Source: a phage. Taken from it: a DNA stretch of 64,000 nucleotides. Positions 52,228-62,324 of this stretch are shown one piece after another (the stretch's first letter is position 1; each line of letters opens with the position of its first letter). The stretch lies in sequence record OZ335964.1; one strand, 5' to 3'. The notes under the pieces were generated by a model. It had not been told where the DNA came from, searched no databases, and saw only the letters and a list, made by a program, of their open reading frames with translations. The position numbers and the translations under genes were made by a program.

Positions 52228-54336
52228 TTAAAATTTAACATTCTTAACCAGTTTCATAAAGTCTTGTGCTCGTTTGTCGTTGTGCAGAATACGATACCAG
52301 TTATCTACAATATCATACAGTAACGGGCTATTCTCTTTAAACTTCGCACAAACTGCTTTAATTCGTTCGTTTGCTGCCGTGAATTTTTCATCACAAATCT
52401 TTTTAGTTTCTTCGTCCATAATCCAACGGGTGTGAAGGAGTAACTTGGAAACCACTTTATTATAATGACGACCGTACAGTCTGTCAATAAATTCTGGAAC
52501 ACAGCGTTCTAATTCATCGTCATGATACAACATAGTGATCACACCCAGATATTCGCCATACCCCAGATGATTGGTCTTAACCTTCTTAGCCAGACCAGCC
52601 AGCTTACCGCGAACAAATTCTAGCGCACATTCCAGTTGTTCGTCAACGAGATATTTTTGTGTCTCATTACGGGTAATAATATACTTTGTTACCCCGAAGT
52701 AGTCAAGCGCCGTGTGTAATGTATTTTCATTATAGATCGATTGACGGCTACGGCTTTCGAATGCATCACCCACGCGGAACATGTGCAAGCCTGATAACTC
52801 GCGAATCTCTGCCGCTTTCATGTGATGGCTGGTTTTATGCCAACTGTCACCGATCTTTTCCACAATATACACGTTAGGCAGCTTAGGAGTCGCTTCACGC
52901 TGTACACGTTCTGTCTTCTCCGGCTTAACTGCTTTAGCACGCAGGTCGTCGGCCTCGGATACCTTAATCACGGTCATTTCAGATTCATCATAATACTGTT
53001 TGATGTACTCGAAAGTCTCCATATGTTTTTCGTTGTTCTGACGGAACACCAGTACCTTTTTATTGATGCCGTATTCCTGGACCATGCCGTTAAGAGTCAG
53101 TGCACGCAGTTTCGGTTTATCGGTATCATCAATAAGACATGTAATATCTTCTTTATGCATCCATACAAAATGCGTAATGTTGTATTGACTGCTAACGAAA
53201 GCAGGGCGCAATTTACTGATTGTATGTCGAGTACGATACAGAGTATACACTTGACCTTCTACGTCATTAGGCGAATCTTTACCAGCATTAACAAACTTAT
53301 TATAGATTTCTACCGGATCATCCCATTGTCCGATCTTACCCATCTTGCTAATAATATTGCGTTGAGTCGATGAATACTCGCTCATAAATTGCGCAAGTTT
53401 GCGCTCTGTTTTAATGTTGGCGATCTTTTCTTTAACCTTTTCCAACATCATTTCATTGATTTCTGCAATGCGTTTTTCGATGTTCGCTTTAGTCTCAATT
53501 GACAAGTGAACTTCTTCACGCGATGGCATCAGGTCCAGATCACCCAACTCAAAATTAATGTAAATGGTCTGGTGCTGGCGGTTTACAGCTTCTAACCATG
53601 TTCCGCGAACATATTCATACGGGATCGGATACTGGATCTTACCCATGATTGCATATACCACATAGGAATCGTTATCACGTCCATTACACACATAATAATT
53701 ATCAAAGCTAGGGAAATAATTAATTTCGATGGCATTGATATTAGGTTTGTGTTCCCCAAAATGACGCAGTACAAATTGTGCTTCTCGATGCCATGTCTGA
53801 ATATCTTTTTCCTTCACCGGAATAGTGATTTTCAGACCGTTGTCTTCATAGGTCGGTTCGTCGAAAATCTGCACCATTTTCGGCATAGAGTTTTGCACGA
53901 ATGCAGTAAAGCCATAAGCACGACCATTGTAGTAGTTTACGATTGTAAAGGTGTCGGTGTAGCTATAAGCAGATTTCGCACCTAAACCAAAAGATCCGAT
54001 ATAATCATTAGTCTGGTCTTTGGTTGATTCAAAGTAAACAGTAAACAGTTGTTCTAATTCTTTCTTAGACGGAATACCAGTACCATAATCACGCACAGAA
54101 AAATACGGTTCGATTGCAGTCGGTAAATGAATATCAAACGGACGATCTAAGGTTCCGGCTTCTTTGTGAGTGTCGGTAGCATTACATGAATACTCACGGA
54201 CGCAAGCACGCTCACAATATTGATAAGTGTTCTTAGAAAGCACCATAAAAGCCTTGCTACTTGCTTTCAGTGAAAAATCAACCGCACCGCTCAAGTCACT
54301 GCCAAATACTTCTTCATTATCAATATGCATTTTCAT
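52228..54336 (-). CDS. rIIA: RIIA protein (GHKL ATPase-like N-terminal domain)
   Basis: 702 aa (T4 rIIA 725 aa); DYGTGIP and GSFGLGAKSAYSYTDTF Bergerat-fold motifs; adjacent to rIIB. Confidence 0.85.
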   Translation of the reverse strand: MKMHIDNEEVFGSDLSGAVDFSLKASSKAFMVLSKNTYQYCERACVREYSCNATDTHKEAGTLDRPFDIHLPTAIEPYFSVRDYGTGIPSKKELEQLFTVYFESTKDQTNDYIGSFGLGAKSAYSYTDTFTIVNYYNGRAYGFTAFVQNSMPKMVQIFDEPTYEDNGLKITIPVKEKDIQTWHREAQFVLRHFGEHKPNINAIEINYFPSFDNYYVCNGRDNDSYVVYAIMGKIQYPIPYEYVRGTWLEAVNRQHQTIYINFELGDLDLMPSREEVHLSIETKANIEKRIAEINEMMLEKVKEKIANIKTERKLAQFMSEYSSTQRNIISKMGKIGQWDDPVEIYNKFVNAGKDSPNDVEGQVYTLYRTRHTISKLRPAFVSSQYNITHFVWMHKEDITCLIDDTDKPKLRALTLNGMVQEYGINKKVLVFRQNNEKHMETFEYIKQYYDESEMTVIKVSEADDLRAKAVKPEKTERVQREATPKLPNVYIVEKIGDSWHKTSHHMKAAEIRELSGLHMFRVGDAFESRSRQSIYNENTLHTALDYFGVTKYIITRNETQKYLVDEQLECALEFVRGKLAGLAKKVKTNHLGYGEYLGVITMLYHDDELERCVPEFIDRLYGRHYNKVVSKLLLHTRWIMDEETKKICDEKFTAANERIKAVCAKFKENSPLLYDIVDNWYRILHNDKRAQDFMKLVKNVKF

Positions 54337-54350
54337 AATATAATCCTCAC

Positions 54351-54608
54351 TTAATTAAAATCTTCTTTGTCCATCTCTGCGTAGATTGCATCCCACGCCC
54401 ATAAATCAATAAACGCATTATATGTCACGGTGCAATCGTTGTCAATCACTTCTTTCGCATATTTCTTGATGTTTTCGTAGGAAACTTGCGGATTAATTTT
54501 GTTCTTCCGAAGGTGCGCATATTCATACCTCAAACATTTCATAAACAGGTCCATCGATTTCTTTTCTCGATGACACTTGGCGATCATAAAATCAAAACTT
54601 CGACTCAT
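54351..54608 (-). CDS. hypothetical protein
   Basis: 85 aa ORF upstream of rIIA. Confidence 0.45.
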   Translation of the reverse strand: MSRSFDFMIAKCHREKKSMDLFMKCLRYEYAHLRKNKINPQVSYENIKKYAKEVIDNDCTVTYNAFIDLWAWDAIYAEMDKEDFN

Positions 54609-54619
54609 TTTTCTACTCC

Positions 54620-54814
54620 TTACACATTTTCAATCACCCATTGCAGATGGGCTTCTTCGGCAACCAGTTCAGCGCGGCTTTTCTCTAAGCACTTGCTGTA
54701 TTCTTTACGTTCCCACTCGGCAATTTCGTTTTTCAGGACTTCTTCATAGTAAGCAATTACTCCTTTCAGGTCTGAAACTTTACGGTTTGCCAATTCGATG
54801 TAATGGTTACGCAT
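54620..54814 (-). CDS. hypothetical small protein
   Basis: 64 aa. Confidence 0.4.
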   Translation of the reverse strand: MRNHYIELANRKVSDLKGVIAYYEEVLKNEIAEWERKEYSKCLEKSRAELVAEEAHLQWVIENV

Positions 54815-55010
54815 TTTGATTCTCCTTTGTTACTAGATAACGAATTTGGTCTTGCATTGCGATCAGTTCCCAGCGTGCTACTTTCATCATGGAAACTGAC
54901 TCTTTGAACATAATATTAGCTTTTTCCTTCTCCCCTGTCAAGTAGATTTCTGCAATTTTTTCACAAAATTTTTGAGTTTCTTCATTCTTAAACGGTTTCA
55001 TATAAGTCAA
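54807..55010 (-). CDS. hypothetical small protein
   Basis: 67 aa; promoter cassette upstream. Confidence 0.45.
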   Translation of the reverse strand: MTYMKPFKNEETQKFCEKIAEIYLTGEKEKANIMFKESVSMMKVARWELIAMQDQIRYLVTKENQNA

Positions 55011-55031
55011 CCTTTTGTTTTCGATGGGGAC

Positions 55032-55060
55032 ATTATGATATATCCCCGATCCAGTGACAA
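55032..55060 (-). promoter_or_regulatory. early promoter cassette
   Basis: TTGTCA - 17 nt - CATAAT; GGGGA..TCCCC inverted repeat spans -10. Confidence 0.4.
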
Positions 55061-55067
55061 CAGATTT

Positions 55068-55367
55068 TTAATCTTTTTTCAGTGCATCCATTACTCGCTC
55101 TGCGATCAGTTCTCGTAAGCACTGATAACCATGATATTTGATGGCAATGTCACGCAGATCATTAACCAGTTCCCGTACTTCATGGTCTTTCAGATCGTCT
55201 CTGTATTTCGATTTAATCGTATCTTTAGGTGGATTGCGGATAACCTGAAAACCTTGTTCTGCAATCACTGCGGCTTCTCGCTGGCGTTCATGCTGTACTG
55301 TATTTTTGATCAGGTCTGCTTCCATGAACTTTGCCATACTCATCATCATGTTATTCTTTTTGCTCAT
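55068..55367 (-). CDS. hypothetical protein
   Basis: 99 aa from MSKKNN (RBS GAGGA); track ORF has 12-codon extension. Confidence 0.45.
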   Translation of the reverse strand: MSKKNNMMMSMAKFMEADLIKNTVQHERQREAAVIAEQGFQVIRNPPKDTIKSKYRDDLKDHEVRELVNDLRDIAIKYHGYQCLRELIAERVMDALKKD

Positions 55368-55425
55368 TATTAAATCCTCATAAAAGAAAAGGGAGACTCC
55401 CATTATAGAGAATCTCCCTTGTATG

Positions 55426-55989
55426 TCAACTAAAATTTAAAGATGCAAACTCCCCGTGATGAATTTTTGCATATTCATCATATGCTCTAGCGGCTTCCTC
55501 CTGAGTAGCAAACGATCCTATGTATTTTCTGTATCCGTTTATCCTTATTTGTGCTTGCCACGGTCTTTTGCTAGATCCTTTGCGATGAGTAACACCATTA
55601 TATATGCTCGTGCACCCGTCCATTTTCTTTTTATTGTACATGTTTTGTTGTTGTGTTGCCTCCCGTAAATTTGGTGGATTGTTGTTTTCTGGATTCCCGT
55701 CTATGTGGTCTATTACCTTAACCTGTGTTCCATATTCAAGAAACCAGACAATTCTATGTACAAGATATGTAGATGTTCTCTTTTTAACCTTATTGTAAAC
55801 ATCTATTGCCAAATGACCGTAATTTAACTTTTTTGTTTTTACTTTATCACCGACTCGGTAGAAATATCCCTCTGGTAGACCATTAAAAGACGGACTATTT
55901 GTTTTGTGATATAGAACACCTTCCGTGTGTTCAAATCTGCGTTTTAATTCCTCTTGAATTTCAGTATTCCAAAATTTCGCACTTTTCAT
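55426..55989 (-). CDS. HNH homing endonuclease with AP2-like domain
   Basis: 187 aa; HNH_3 motif IDHIDGNPENNNPPNLR..QQQN plus AP2-like SIYNGVTHRKGSSKRPWQAQIRINGYRKYIGSFATQEEAARAYD; immediately downstream of gene 39. Confidence 0.7.
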   Translation of the reverse strand: MKSAKFWNTEIQEELKRRFEHTEGVLYHKTNSPSFNGLPEGYFYRVGDKVKTKKLNYGHLAIDVYNKVKKRTSTYLVHRIVWFLEYGTQVKVIDHIDGNPENNNPPNLREATQQQNMYNKKKMDGCTSIYNGVTHRKGSSKRPWQAQIRINGYRKYIGSFATQEEAARAYDEYAKIHHGEFASLNFS

Positions 55990-55990
55990 A

Positions 55991-57814
55991 TTATGACGCC
56001 ATCCATGCCTTCCTCATGTCTGAATCTTCACTATAGAGCAAATCGAATAGCTCTTTATAGTTTTCCGGTAACGTGATGATTTCCATTACAGGATCGTTGA
56101 TCACGCGATGATAATCTGATTCTGTAAGCGATGCTAACCCTTTGATATATCGAATGTTGTAACCTTTGATATTATCGCGATCGTTCTCGAAATCTTCTAG
56201 GTCATAATACCATCGAACATCATCACCTTTCTTTGGTTCCGCAATGATAATAGGTGTTTTGATAAACCGGATTCGTCCATCTTCGAACAATTCAGGCCAA
56301 CGAGCAAAGAAAGAGATCAGACTAGGTTTAATAGACCCGATGCCGTCAGTATCAGCGTCAGTCATAATCGCAATATTTTTGTATTGCATAACTTCCAGCG
56401 CATCAACACCAAATTGCAAACCAGTGATCGCCATGATGTTAAAAATTTCGGCGTTCTTAACGATCTTTGCCTCCGGTTGTTCCCACGTTGTAAGAGTTTT
56501 GCCTCGCAACGGGAAACCGCCATGTAAATCTTGATCACGTACAGAGATCAGATAGTTGATCGCGGAATCACCTTCCGTCAAAAACAGGGTAGTTTCTGCG
56601 TCAGTTCCAATAAGGTTAGCTTTAACGTGTTTTGCTACCTTAGCCCGTTTTGCTGCCTTTGCTGCCTTAGTCGCTGCCGCTTTATCTGCTGCCTCTTTGC
56701 GTGCCAAAACTACAGCAATAATAGGCATGATAATGTTTTCTTTCTTCGCAATGACTTTAGCCAGTTTTTTAAAATCCAGATCAATGTGTCGCTTGATATC
56801 ACCAGTTGGATTAGTCAAGCGTTCTTTTGTCTGTGAATCAAAACGAAGGTTAGGCAATTCACGAACAATAAGAATACAGGTCAATCCAGACTTAACCGCA
56901 GCTTTAGTAACATCAACCTTATATTCTTTCTTGATTCGTTTTACAATCTCTTCACAAAGATCATCTGTCACGTAGTCTACGTGTGTTCCCCCGTTTTTGG
57001 TAAACAGACCATTAGCAAATGATACTGATTTAAAACCTTCACCTTCAACCGCAGGAACTAGGGCAAGTGAAAAGTTTTTATCTTCAATGACAAACGGATC
57101 ATCATTGTATAGTTTAGCATAATCCTTGAACTTACTAACAATACGTTTACCATTAAACTTAAACGTGATCTTAGGAAAGATTACGCTCAATGATTGCAGA
57201 CGATCATGAACAATATCTAAAACAGAGTTGTCCATCATATAACCTTCGAAGTGGTCGAAGTCTGGGCAAAATGTAACCTTTGTTCCCTTCAATTTTGATG
57301 GTTTTGATGACCATGTGATATTTTCAGCACCGTTTGTGCACTGTACGGTCATTTCTGTTTCGCCGTCACAGGTCACACCAGTAAACCAATCGCTAAAGAA
57401 ATTTGACAACGACGATCCTACGCCGTTCATCCCTTGCGTGAGTCGATTTGTATCATCAAAGTTAGACCCTGCTTTTGTTCGTGTCCAAGCGGCTACAGGT
57501 TGCGGAATCTGCGTGCCCTCTGGGGTAGTAACCATATGTTGAGGAATACCGCGACCATTGTCTGTTACCGTAACAATATTGTTTTGGATATCGACGCTAA
57601 TCACATTGGCAAATTCAAAGTTAGTGCGGATCGCCTCGTCTACAGAGTTGTCGATGATCTCATCAATGATTTTAACCAGTCCAGGAACGTATGAAATTTT
57701 TGTCCACTTACCGAACAGGAAACGTTGATGTTCTTCGTATGTAGTTGACCCTATGTACATCCCAGCACGCTTAAGGACATGTTCACGATCAGATAAAATG
57801 CGGAACTCACTCAT
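55991..57814 (-). CDS. 39: DNA topoisomerase II large subunit (GyrB-like), uninterrupted 39+60 equivalent
   Basis: 607 aa; LKRAGMYIGS, IIDNSVDEA, DNGRGIP (GHKL ATPase) and TEGDSA (TOPRIM); length equals T4 gp39 (516) plus gp60 (160) fused. Confidence 0.85.
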   Translation of the reverse strand: MSEFRILSDREHVLKRAGMYIGSTTYEEHQRFLFGKWTKISYVPGLVKIIDEIIDNSVDEAIRTNFEFANVISVDIQNNIVTVTDNGRGIPQHMVTTPEGTQIPQPVAAWTRTKAGSNFDDTNRLTQGMNGVGSSLSNFFSDWFTGVTCDGETEMTVQCTNGAENITWSSKPSKLKGTKVTFCPDFDHFEGYMMDNSVLDIVHDRLQSLSVIFPKITFKFNGKRIVSKFKDYAKLYNDDPFVIEDKNFSLALVPAVEGEGFKSVSFANGLFTKNGGTHVDYVTDDLCEEIVKRIKKEYKVDVTKAAVKSGLTCILIVRELPNLRFDSQTKERLTNPTGDIKRHIDLDFKKLAKVIAKKENIIMPIIAVVLARKEAADKAAATKAAKAAKRAKVAKHVKANLIGTDAETTLFLTEGDSAINYLISVRDQDLHGGFPLRGKTLTTWEQPEAKIVKNAEIFNIMAITGLQFGVDALEVMQYKNIAIMTDADTDGIGSIKPSLISFFARWPELFEDGRIRFIKTPIIIAEPKKGDDVRWYYDLEDFENDRDNIKGYNIRYIKGLASLTESDYHRVINDPVMEIITLPENYKELFDLLYSEDSDMRKAWMAS

Positions 57815-57913
57815 TATTAAACCTCTTCATAACATAACCATAACTTACTGCAACCGCCACAAAGACGGCTGCAACAATCATATTAAAAATTGAGTGATTG
57901 TCAAGTATATGAC

Positions 57914-58087
57914 TCATGACACGCGCACATTTTTATCGTAATACCCGCCATTAATCCCGCGCGGGGCAGTCAATCCCTGTTTGCATTCTTTACCGCATTC
58001 AGGGCATTCTGCCTTTTCACGCTCGGAAATTTTGCGGATTTTCTGAAATTGACCGTGTTCTTCACAAGAATAATCGTATAATGGCAT
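57914..58087 (-). CDS. zinc-ribbon small protein
   Basis: 57 aa from MPLYDYSCEEHG...CPECG (CxxC...CxxC); track ORF extension overlaps dexA 3' end. Confidence 0.45.
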   Translation of the reverse strand: MPLYDYSCEEHGQFQKIRKISEREKAECPECGKECKQGLTAPRGINGGYYDKNVRVS

Positions 58088-58088
58088 A

Positions 58089-58757
58089 TTATCCCCTTTG
58101 TTTCTTAACTGAATTTGGATCTGGATTTTCTGGTAGGTCTTCCAGACCCATAGCATAACGTTGTGCATAGATTAGCATAAGAATATCGCGAGCGCAATCA
58201 TGAATTGCATCATGTGCGATAAAACCATCTAGCGTACCCATTGGTAACGGACACTCACACATCCCGCGATGCATCAATGTACGCTCAATGGCGGTGCGAA
58301 CATCTCGGATGTTCCAGAATCGCACAGGTTCAAGATTGAACGTCTCTCGTGTATTGTGTGCATCGCGGATCATATCAACTAGTAACGGAATATCAAACGC
58401 ATTACCGCGTGACCACATTACGGATTTAACCGGATCTATTCCTACGGATTCACAGAATGCGTTAAAACGCGCTAAACCTTCTTTAGTTGATACTTCCGTA
58501 CCATTTGTGATTAATTGCTTTCTCATGCCTTCTGAGGCGGTATTCTTCCACCATTCAACCACACCATGATCAAACACCCTTACACCTTTCTGGGAAGGAA
58601 TATCAAATTTTACCAGAAAGGAGTTGTCAACCAGTTCTTTAAATGTAGGTGGATTGTGCGGATCTTCTTTAAATCCGATTGCCGCCATATTGATCACCGC
58701 CCCATCAGGTGGATAACCTAAACTTTCAAAGTCAATCATTAAATCCACTGGAAGCAT
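58089..58757 (-). CDS. dexA: exonuclease A (DEDDh 3'-5' exonuclease)
   Basis: 222 aa from MLPVDLMIDFESLG (T4 DexA 227 aa); DxE and H-x4-D motifs; RBS GGAGGA. Confidence 0.65.
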   Translation of the reverse strand: MLPVDLMIDFESLGYPPDGAVINMAAIGFKEDPHNPPTFKELVDNSFLVKFDIPSQKGVRVFDHGVVEWWKNTASEGMRKQLITNGTEVSTKEGLARFNAFCESVGIDPVKSVMWSRGNAFDIPLLVDMIRDAHNTRETFNLEPVRFWNIRDVRTAIERTLMHRGMCECPLPMGTLDGFIAHDAIHDCARDILMLIYAQRYAMGLEDLPENPDPNSVKKQRG

Positions 58758-58758
58758 T

Positions 58759-59001
58759 TTAAATATCCTCCGCGATGTGCCGGAATAACTCCAGATCATT
58801 TTTATCAAGAATGAAACCGCTACAATCAATAATTCCTTTACCGTAATTATCGGTTAATAGTCGGTCCGTTGCCATGTATGCGCGTACTTTGTTGTTAAAA
58901 TTCATTACATGTTGTGCATAGTCACAATGAATCTTTTGACGGTTCCACGCGACAATTGATTCAAGATGAATTACCTTAGAGATATCGTTAATAACAACCA
59001 T
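58759..59001 (-). CDS. hypothetical small protein
   Basis: 80 aa, coupled to dexA. Confidence 0.45.
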   Translation of the reverse strand: MVVINDISKVIHLESIVAWNRQKIHCDYAQHVMNFNNKVRAYMATDRLLTDNYGKGIIDCSGFILDKNDLELFRHIAEDI

Positions 59002-59180
59002 ATCAAAAACCTCGCTTAGTGAAATGTTCGATCATTTTATTGATACATGCAGCTTCACTATCGCCGGACACATTCCAGCCATATAGACCCCATCTAAAAC
59101 ACATGGTAACAGTTCCATTGTGACGGCTTACCGTCACATCATTAAATTCTGGGATACTTCGCATAATCATAATAATTTCC

Positions 59181-60572
59181 TCAAATATAGTCTACTCGAT
59201 ACCGCGCACGGGTAACACCCACATATAATAACTGCATTGCCAATTCAAAGTCAACATTGTCTGTACACATGCAAGGAGTATACAGGAACACGCGGTCTAC
59301 GCTTATCCCTTGTGACTTATGAATGGTGCAAGCTGGTAATGCTTTTACATTCAAGAACATACGTTTCATCGTCCAGAAGGAATCCCAATCTGGTTTAAAT
59401 TTTGGATTCTCTTTCTTCATTTCGCGATATTGTCCGGCGACCGTATTCAGATAGATAGAGAAAATGTTCTTCTGACGTTGTTCTGTCAGAATGTTGATTT
59501 CTACTAAATCCGGTTTATCTGTAGTGATTCCGACTGCATCTAAACCGACTTTCTGATTTAGGATTTCTTTGTCTTCGTCATCATCGACGCTTTCCACTTT
59601 CAGAGTATAGCCTAAAACTGGTTGCGGATCTACCCCTGTGCAACGTAATGTAAATTCGCGCGGGATAACCTCTTTAACTCGGATCATCTCACCATTGTTA
59701 AAAATAACATTGGGAATCTTCTTCCCGCGTTCATCTCGCAGATATTCGATCAACGGTTCCTGAGTAACCAGAATTTCATCTACAATCACTGGTTCATCGG
59801 TGTTATAAACGCGCTTACGCACAATTTCATTGAGTTTTTCGACGCTCTTGTTAGTGTAGGCCAGAATACGGTTTTCCAACAAGTCTTCCGGCGTTTTAAC
59901 AGCTTCAAAATAATGTTTCATGAACTCTGGCAGCGTTGAGCTATGGAATACACCCTCGTTGTCGCACTGCTTTTCGAATACCCATTTACCGTTACGGACA
60001 GCAGTCGCCACATCAATTATTGGCGCATTAGATCGTTTAATCTCTGTAAGTTCTACATTCTGGAACCTTTCATCTGTGAAGAAAGGAGAGATCGACGTTG
60101 CACCGCTCGGATCAACTGGTCGTAACTGGTACAGATCACCCACGGCAATAATAACAATTCGACCGTTGATACTCTTCATGAGAATATCAAATAGTTTCTT
60201 ATCGACCATACTCGCTTCATCAACAATGATGATCTGAACATCATCTAGCTTAGGAGTATCTTTTTGTTCAAATACTTGAGTATCTTCATAGTTGGTTGGA
60301 TTTAGTCGCAGTAGTGCATGTAAAGTAAATGCTTGACGACCTACCGCCTTACTCAAAACTTTTTTAGCCTGGTGGGTAGGCGTTGCCAAAACCACACCAG
60401 TTACACCACGGCGGACCATTTCCTGGACAATGAATTTCATCATTGCGGTTTTACCAGTACCCGCCGCACCACGGACAGTTGTATGCTTCTTTTGTTCAAT
60501 GCGTTTCATTAGAACATCAAAAGCATGTTTTTGTCCGTCTGTCAACATATCGAAAGTTAATACTCTGCTCAT
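59181..60572 (-). CDS. dda: Dda DNA helicase (SF1B)
   Basis: 463 aa; FDMLTDGQKHAF, Walker A GAAGTGKT, ATPTHQAKKVLSK, IIIVDEASM match T4 Dda. Confidence 0.85.
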   Translation of the reverse strand: MSRVLTFDMLTDGQKHAFDVLMKRIEQKKHTTVRGAAGTGKTAMMKFIVQEMVRRGVTGVVLATPTHQAKKVLSKAVGRQAFTLHALLRLNPTNYEDTQVFEQKDTPKLDDVQIIIVDEASMVDKKLFDILMKSINGRIVIIAVGDLYQLRPVDPSGATSISPFFTDERFQNVELTEIKRSNAPIIDVATAVRNGKWVFEKQCDNEGVFHSSTLPEFMKHYFEAVKTPEDLLENRILAYTNKSVEKLNEIVRKRVYNTDEPVIVDEILVTQEPLIEYLRDERGKKIPNVIFNNGEMIRVKEVIPREFTLRCTGVDPQPVLGYTLKVESVDDDEDKEILNQKVGLDAVGITTDKPDLVEINILTEQRQKNIFSIYLNTVAGQYREMKKENPKFKPDWDSFWTMKRMFLNVKALPACTIHKSQGISVDRVFLYTPCMCTDNVDFELAMQLLYVGVTRARYRVDYI

Positions 60573-60886
60573 TATCCTAAAATCCTCACCTTGCGAACAC
60601 AGATAGTATTGAGTTCTCGCCGTACCCGTTCTTTTTCATATTCAGGAATTTTGTATTCTATACCATCCCGAACAATTTCAGAAGACCGGATTATACCAAA
60701 TTTTCGTTTAGGCACAACCTTGTATTTCGGTTCACCTGCCAATAGACTCTCACAATAATCTATCTGATCACACATTGACGCTAAAGCTGCATCATGTGTT
60801 TCGCAAGTTAGGACGCGACCTTTCGCGTCCACTGAGTATTGAAAGAATCCGTCTTTATCACGATAACATACAGCAAATACATGCAT
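60572..60886 (-). CDS. hypothetical protein
   Basis: 104 aa, coupled to dda (ATGA-type overlap). Confidence 0.5.
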   Translation of the reverse strand: MHVFAVCYRDKDGFFQYSVDAKGRVLTCETHDAALASMCDQIDYCESLLAGEPKYKVVPKRKFGIIRSSEIVRDGIEYKIPEYEKERVRRELNTICVRKVRILG

Positions 60887-61641
60887 TATAAACCTACCTT
60901 CGCTTTCATCAATTCAATCCACGACGCATCAATCGGAAGCCCGTATTTCACGCGTTCTTTTTGTGCTGGCGTTAAGTTCTCATACTTAGAAAGAGATTCA
61001 ATCAAAACGCTGGTATATTTTAGCACGATTTCGGTATTGTTTGCAATAGCCTTAAGTTTTTCCTCTTTCTTGTTGATTTCGCTAAGGGCTTGCTTGAGAT
61101 CTGCAATTTTCTGATAACGTTCTTCCATACGGAAGAGAGTATTTTTAATCGCTCGCTCGGCTGCCTCTGCTTTCTCCGGTTCGTTGTGCTTTTTGTGGCG
61201 CTCGATTGCTAATTTCTTTTCTTCGATTGCCATTTCCTGATTTTTGATGCGATTCTCGTTAAGTTCGATCCACTCTATGTACTTCGCACGTAGGGCAATT
61301 TCATCATCAGAAAGTTTACCGTTAGTTCCTAGTTCTTGGATCTCTTTAAGAGATTCGATAGTGTGATTACCACGGAAAGAATTGTATTTCAGTTTAACCG
61401 GAATCACATTTCCATCAACATAGCCCAGATTGCAATCAATGCGCTCTAAGGAGAGTCCATCATCACCTTCACCAAACTCCTCACCTGAATATGCGCAATG
61501 AGTCTGGCGATAGATGTTACGCACAGTGACTAAGCTCATAGAGAAGTCTTTGTTACGACGAGAAGCGCCAGCCATGATAGAGTTCAAACGGAAAACAACC
61601 AGCGCCAATTCTTCGTTAGATTTAAAAGCAAACAGTTTCAT
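60886..61641 (-). CDS. hypothetical protein (position of T4 srd)
   Basis: 251 aa; N-terminal Cys/His-containing region, C-terminal coiled coil; assignment by position only. Confidence 0.35.
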   Translation of the reverse strand: MKLFAFKSNEELALVVFRLNSIMAGASRRNKDFSMSLVTVRNIYRQTHCAYSGEEFGEGDDGLSLERIDCNLGYVDGNVIPVKLKYNSFRGNHTIESLKEIQELGTNGKLSDDEIALRAKYIEWIELNENRIKNQEMAIEEKKLAIERHKKHNEPEKAEAAERAIKNTLFRMEERYQKIADLKQALSEINKKEEKLKAIANNTEIVLKYTSVLIESLSKYENLTPAQKERVKYGLPIDASWIELMKAKVGL

Positions 61642-61670
61642 AATTGATTCTCCTTAGTTGGTATGTGTGT

Positions 61671-61699
61671 ATTATTGTCTATCTGGTTTGTGCTGTCAA
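61671..61699 (-). promoter_or_regulatory. sigma70-type promoter
   Basis: TTGACA - 17 nt - AATAAT on minus strand, then RBS AAGGAGAATCAATT. Confidence 0.4.
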
Positions 61700-61702
61700 C
61701 AC

Positions 61703-62206
61703 TTAAATTAAAGAAAATTTGTAAATCTCTATCAGGTCGCCATTGCACGCGTAAACTTCCTCGATCTCATCAAGGATCATGGTCGTCCCTGTCTTGTATA
61801 TGCACTCGCGCTCATCCGCCAACATAGCATACAAAGACAGTCGAGTAGTCGGATTGTCATACTCTTTAGACACCACTCGGTCTATAGCATGTTCGTAATA
61901 ATTCATGCAAGGCTTGGTAGGTTTTATTGCAATAATCTTTCCTGTTGCATAAACATCGGTTGCAAAGTCCTCTGCTGTTGATTGTAGTGGCGTAAAGCTC
62001 ATAGGACGCTCTACAACGAAAGAATCACCTACAATTAAGGTATCCAGCTTACGGCCTTCTCTTTTGCTCACACCGCGATACAAGGCTTCGTGATGCACTA
62101 ACCGTTCAGTCTTTTCAATCAATCCATTAAGGATCGACATATCGATATTTTCTTTAGAGTTCATCACTTCATCAATGATGTTAAGTTCTTCTGGTGTGAA
62201 TTGCAT
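61703..62206 (-). CDS. ADP-ribosyltransferase ModA/ModB-like
   Basis: 167 aa; ALYRGV (Arg), SFTP (S-T), ADEREC (ExE); position after dda as T4 modA/modB. Confidence 0.55.
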   Translation of the reverse strand: MQFTPEELNIIDEVMNSKENIDMSILNGLIEKTERLVHHEALYRGVSKREGRKLDTLIVGDSFVVERPMSFTPLQSTAEDFATDVYATGKIIAIKPTKPCMNYYEHAIDRVVSKEYDNPTTRLSLYAMLADERECIYKTGTTMILDEIEEVYACNGDLIEIYKFSLI

Positions 62207-62210
62207 AATA

Positions 62211-62240
62211 AAAAAGCCTCCAATCTTTCGACGGGAGGCA
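62211..62240. other. stem-loop in leader of Mod-like gene
   Basis: GCCTCC...GGAGGC inverted repeat flanked by A-run and T-rich sequence. Confidence 0.35.
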
Positions 62241-62287
62241 TAATAAAACCATTATAGAGTAGTGTCAATCACAAAGTGTATGTGATC

Positions 62288-62295
62288 TATAAATA
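62288..62295 (+). promoter_or_regulatory. T4-type late promoter
   Basis: Exact TATAAATA ~30 nt upstream of the + strand HNH gene ATG. Confidence 0.5.
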
Positions 62296-62324
62296 AGTTT
62301 GCTAGAACTAAAGGAGACCACAAA

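Noticed and set aside
55991-57814. Gene 60-type translational bypass element in topoisomerase gene
   Set aside because: The GyrB-like protein is encoded in one uninterrupted 607-codon frame.
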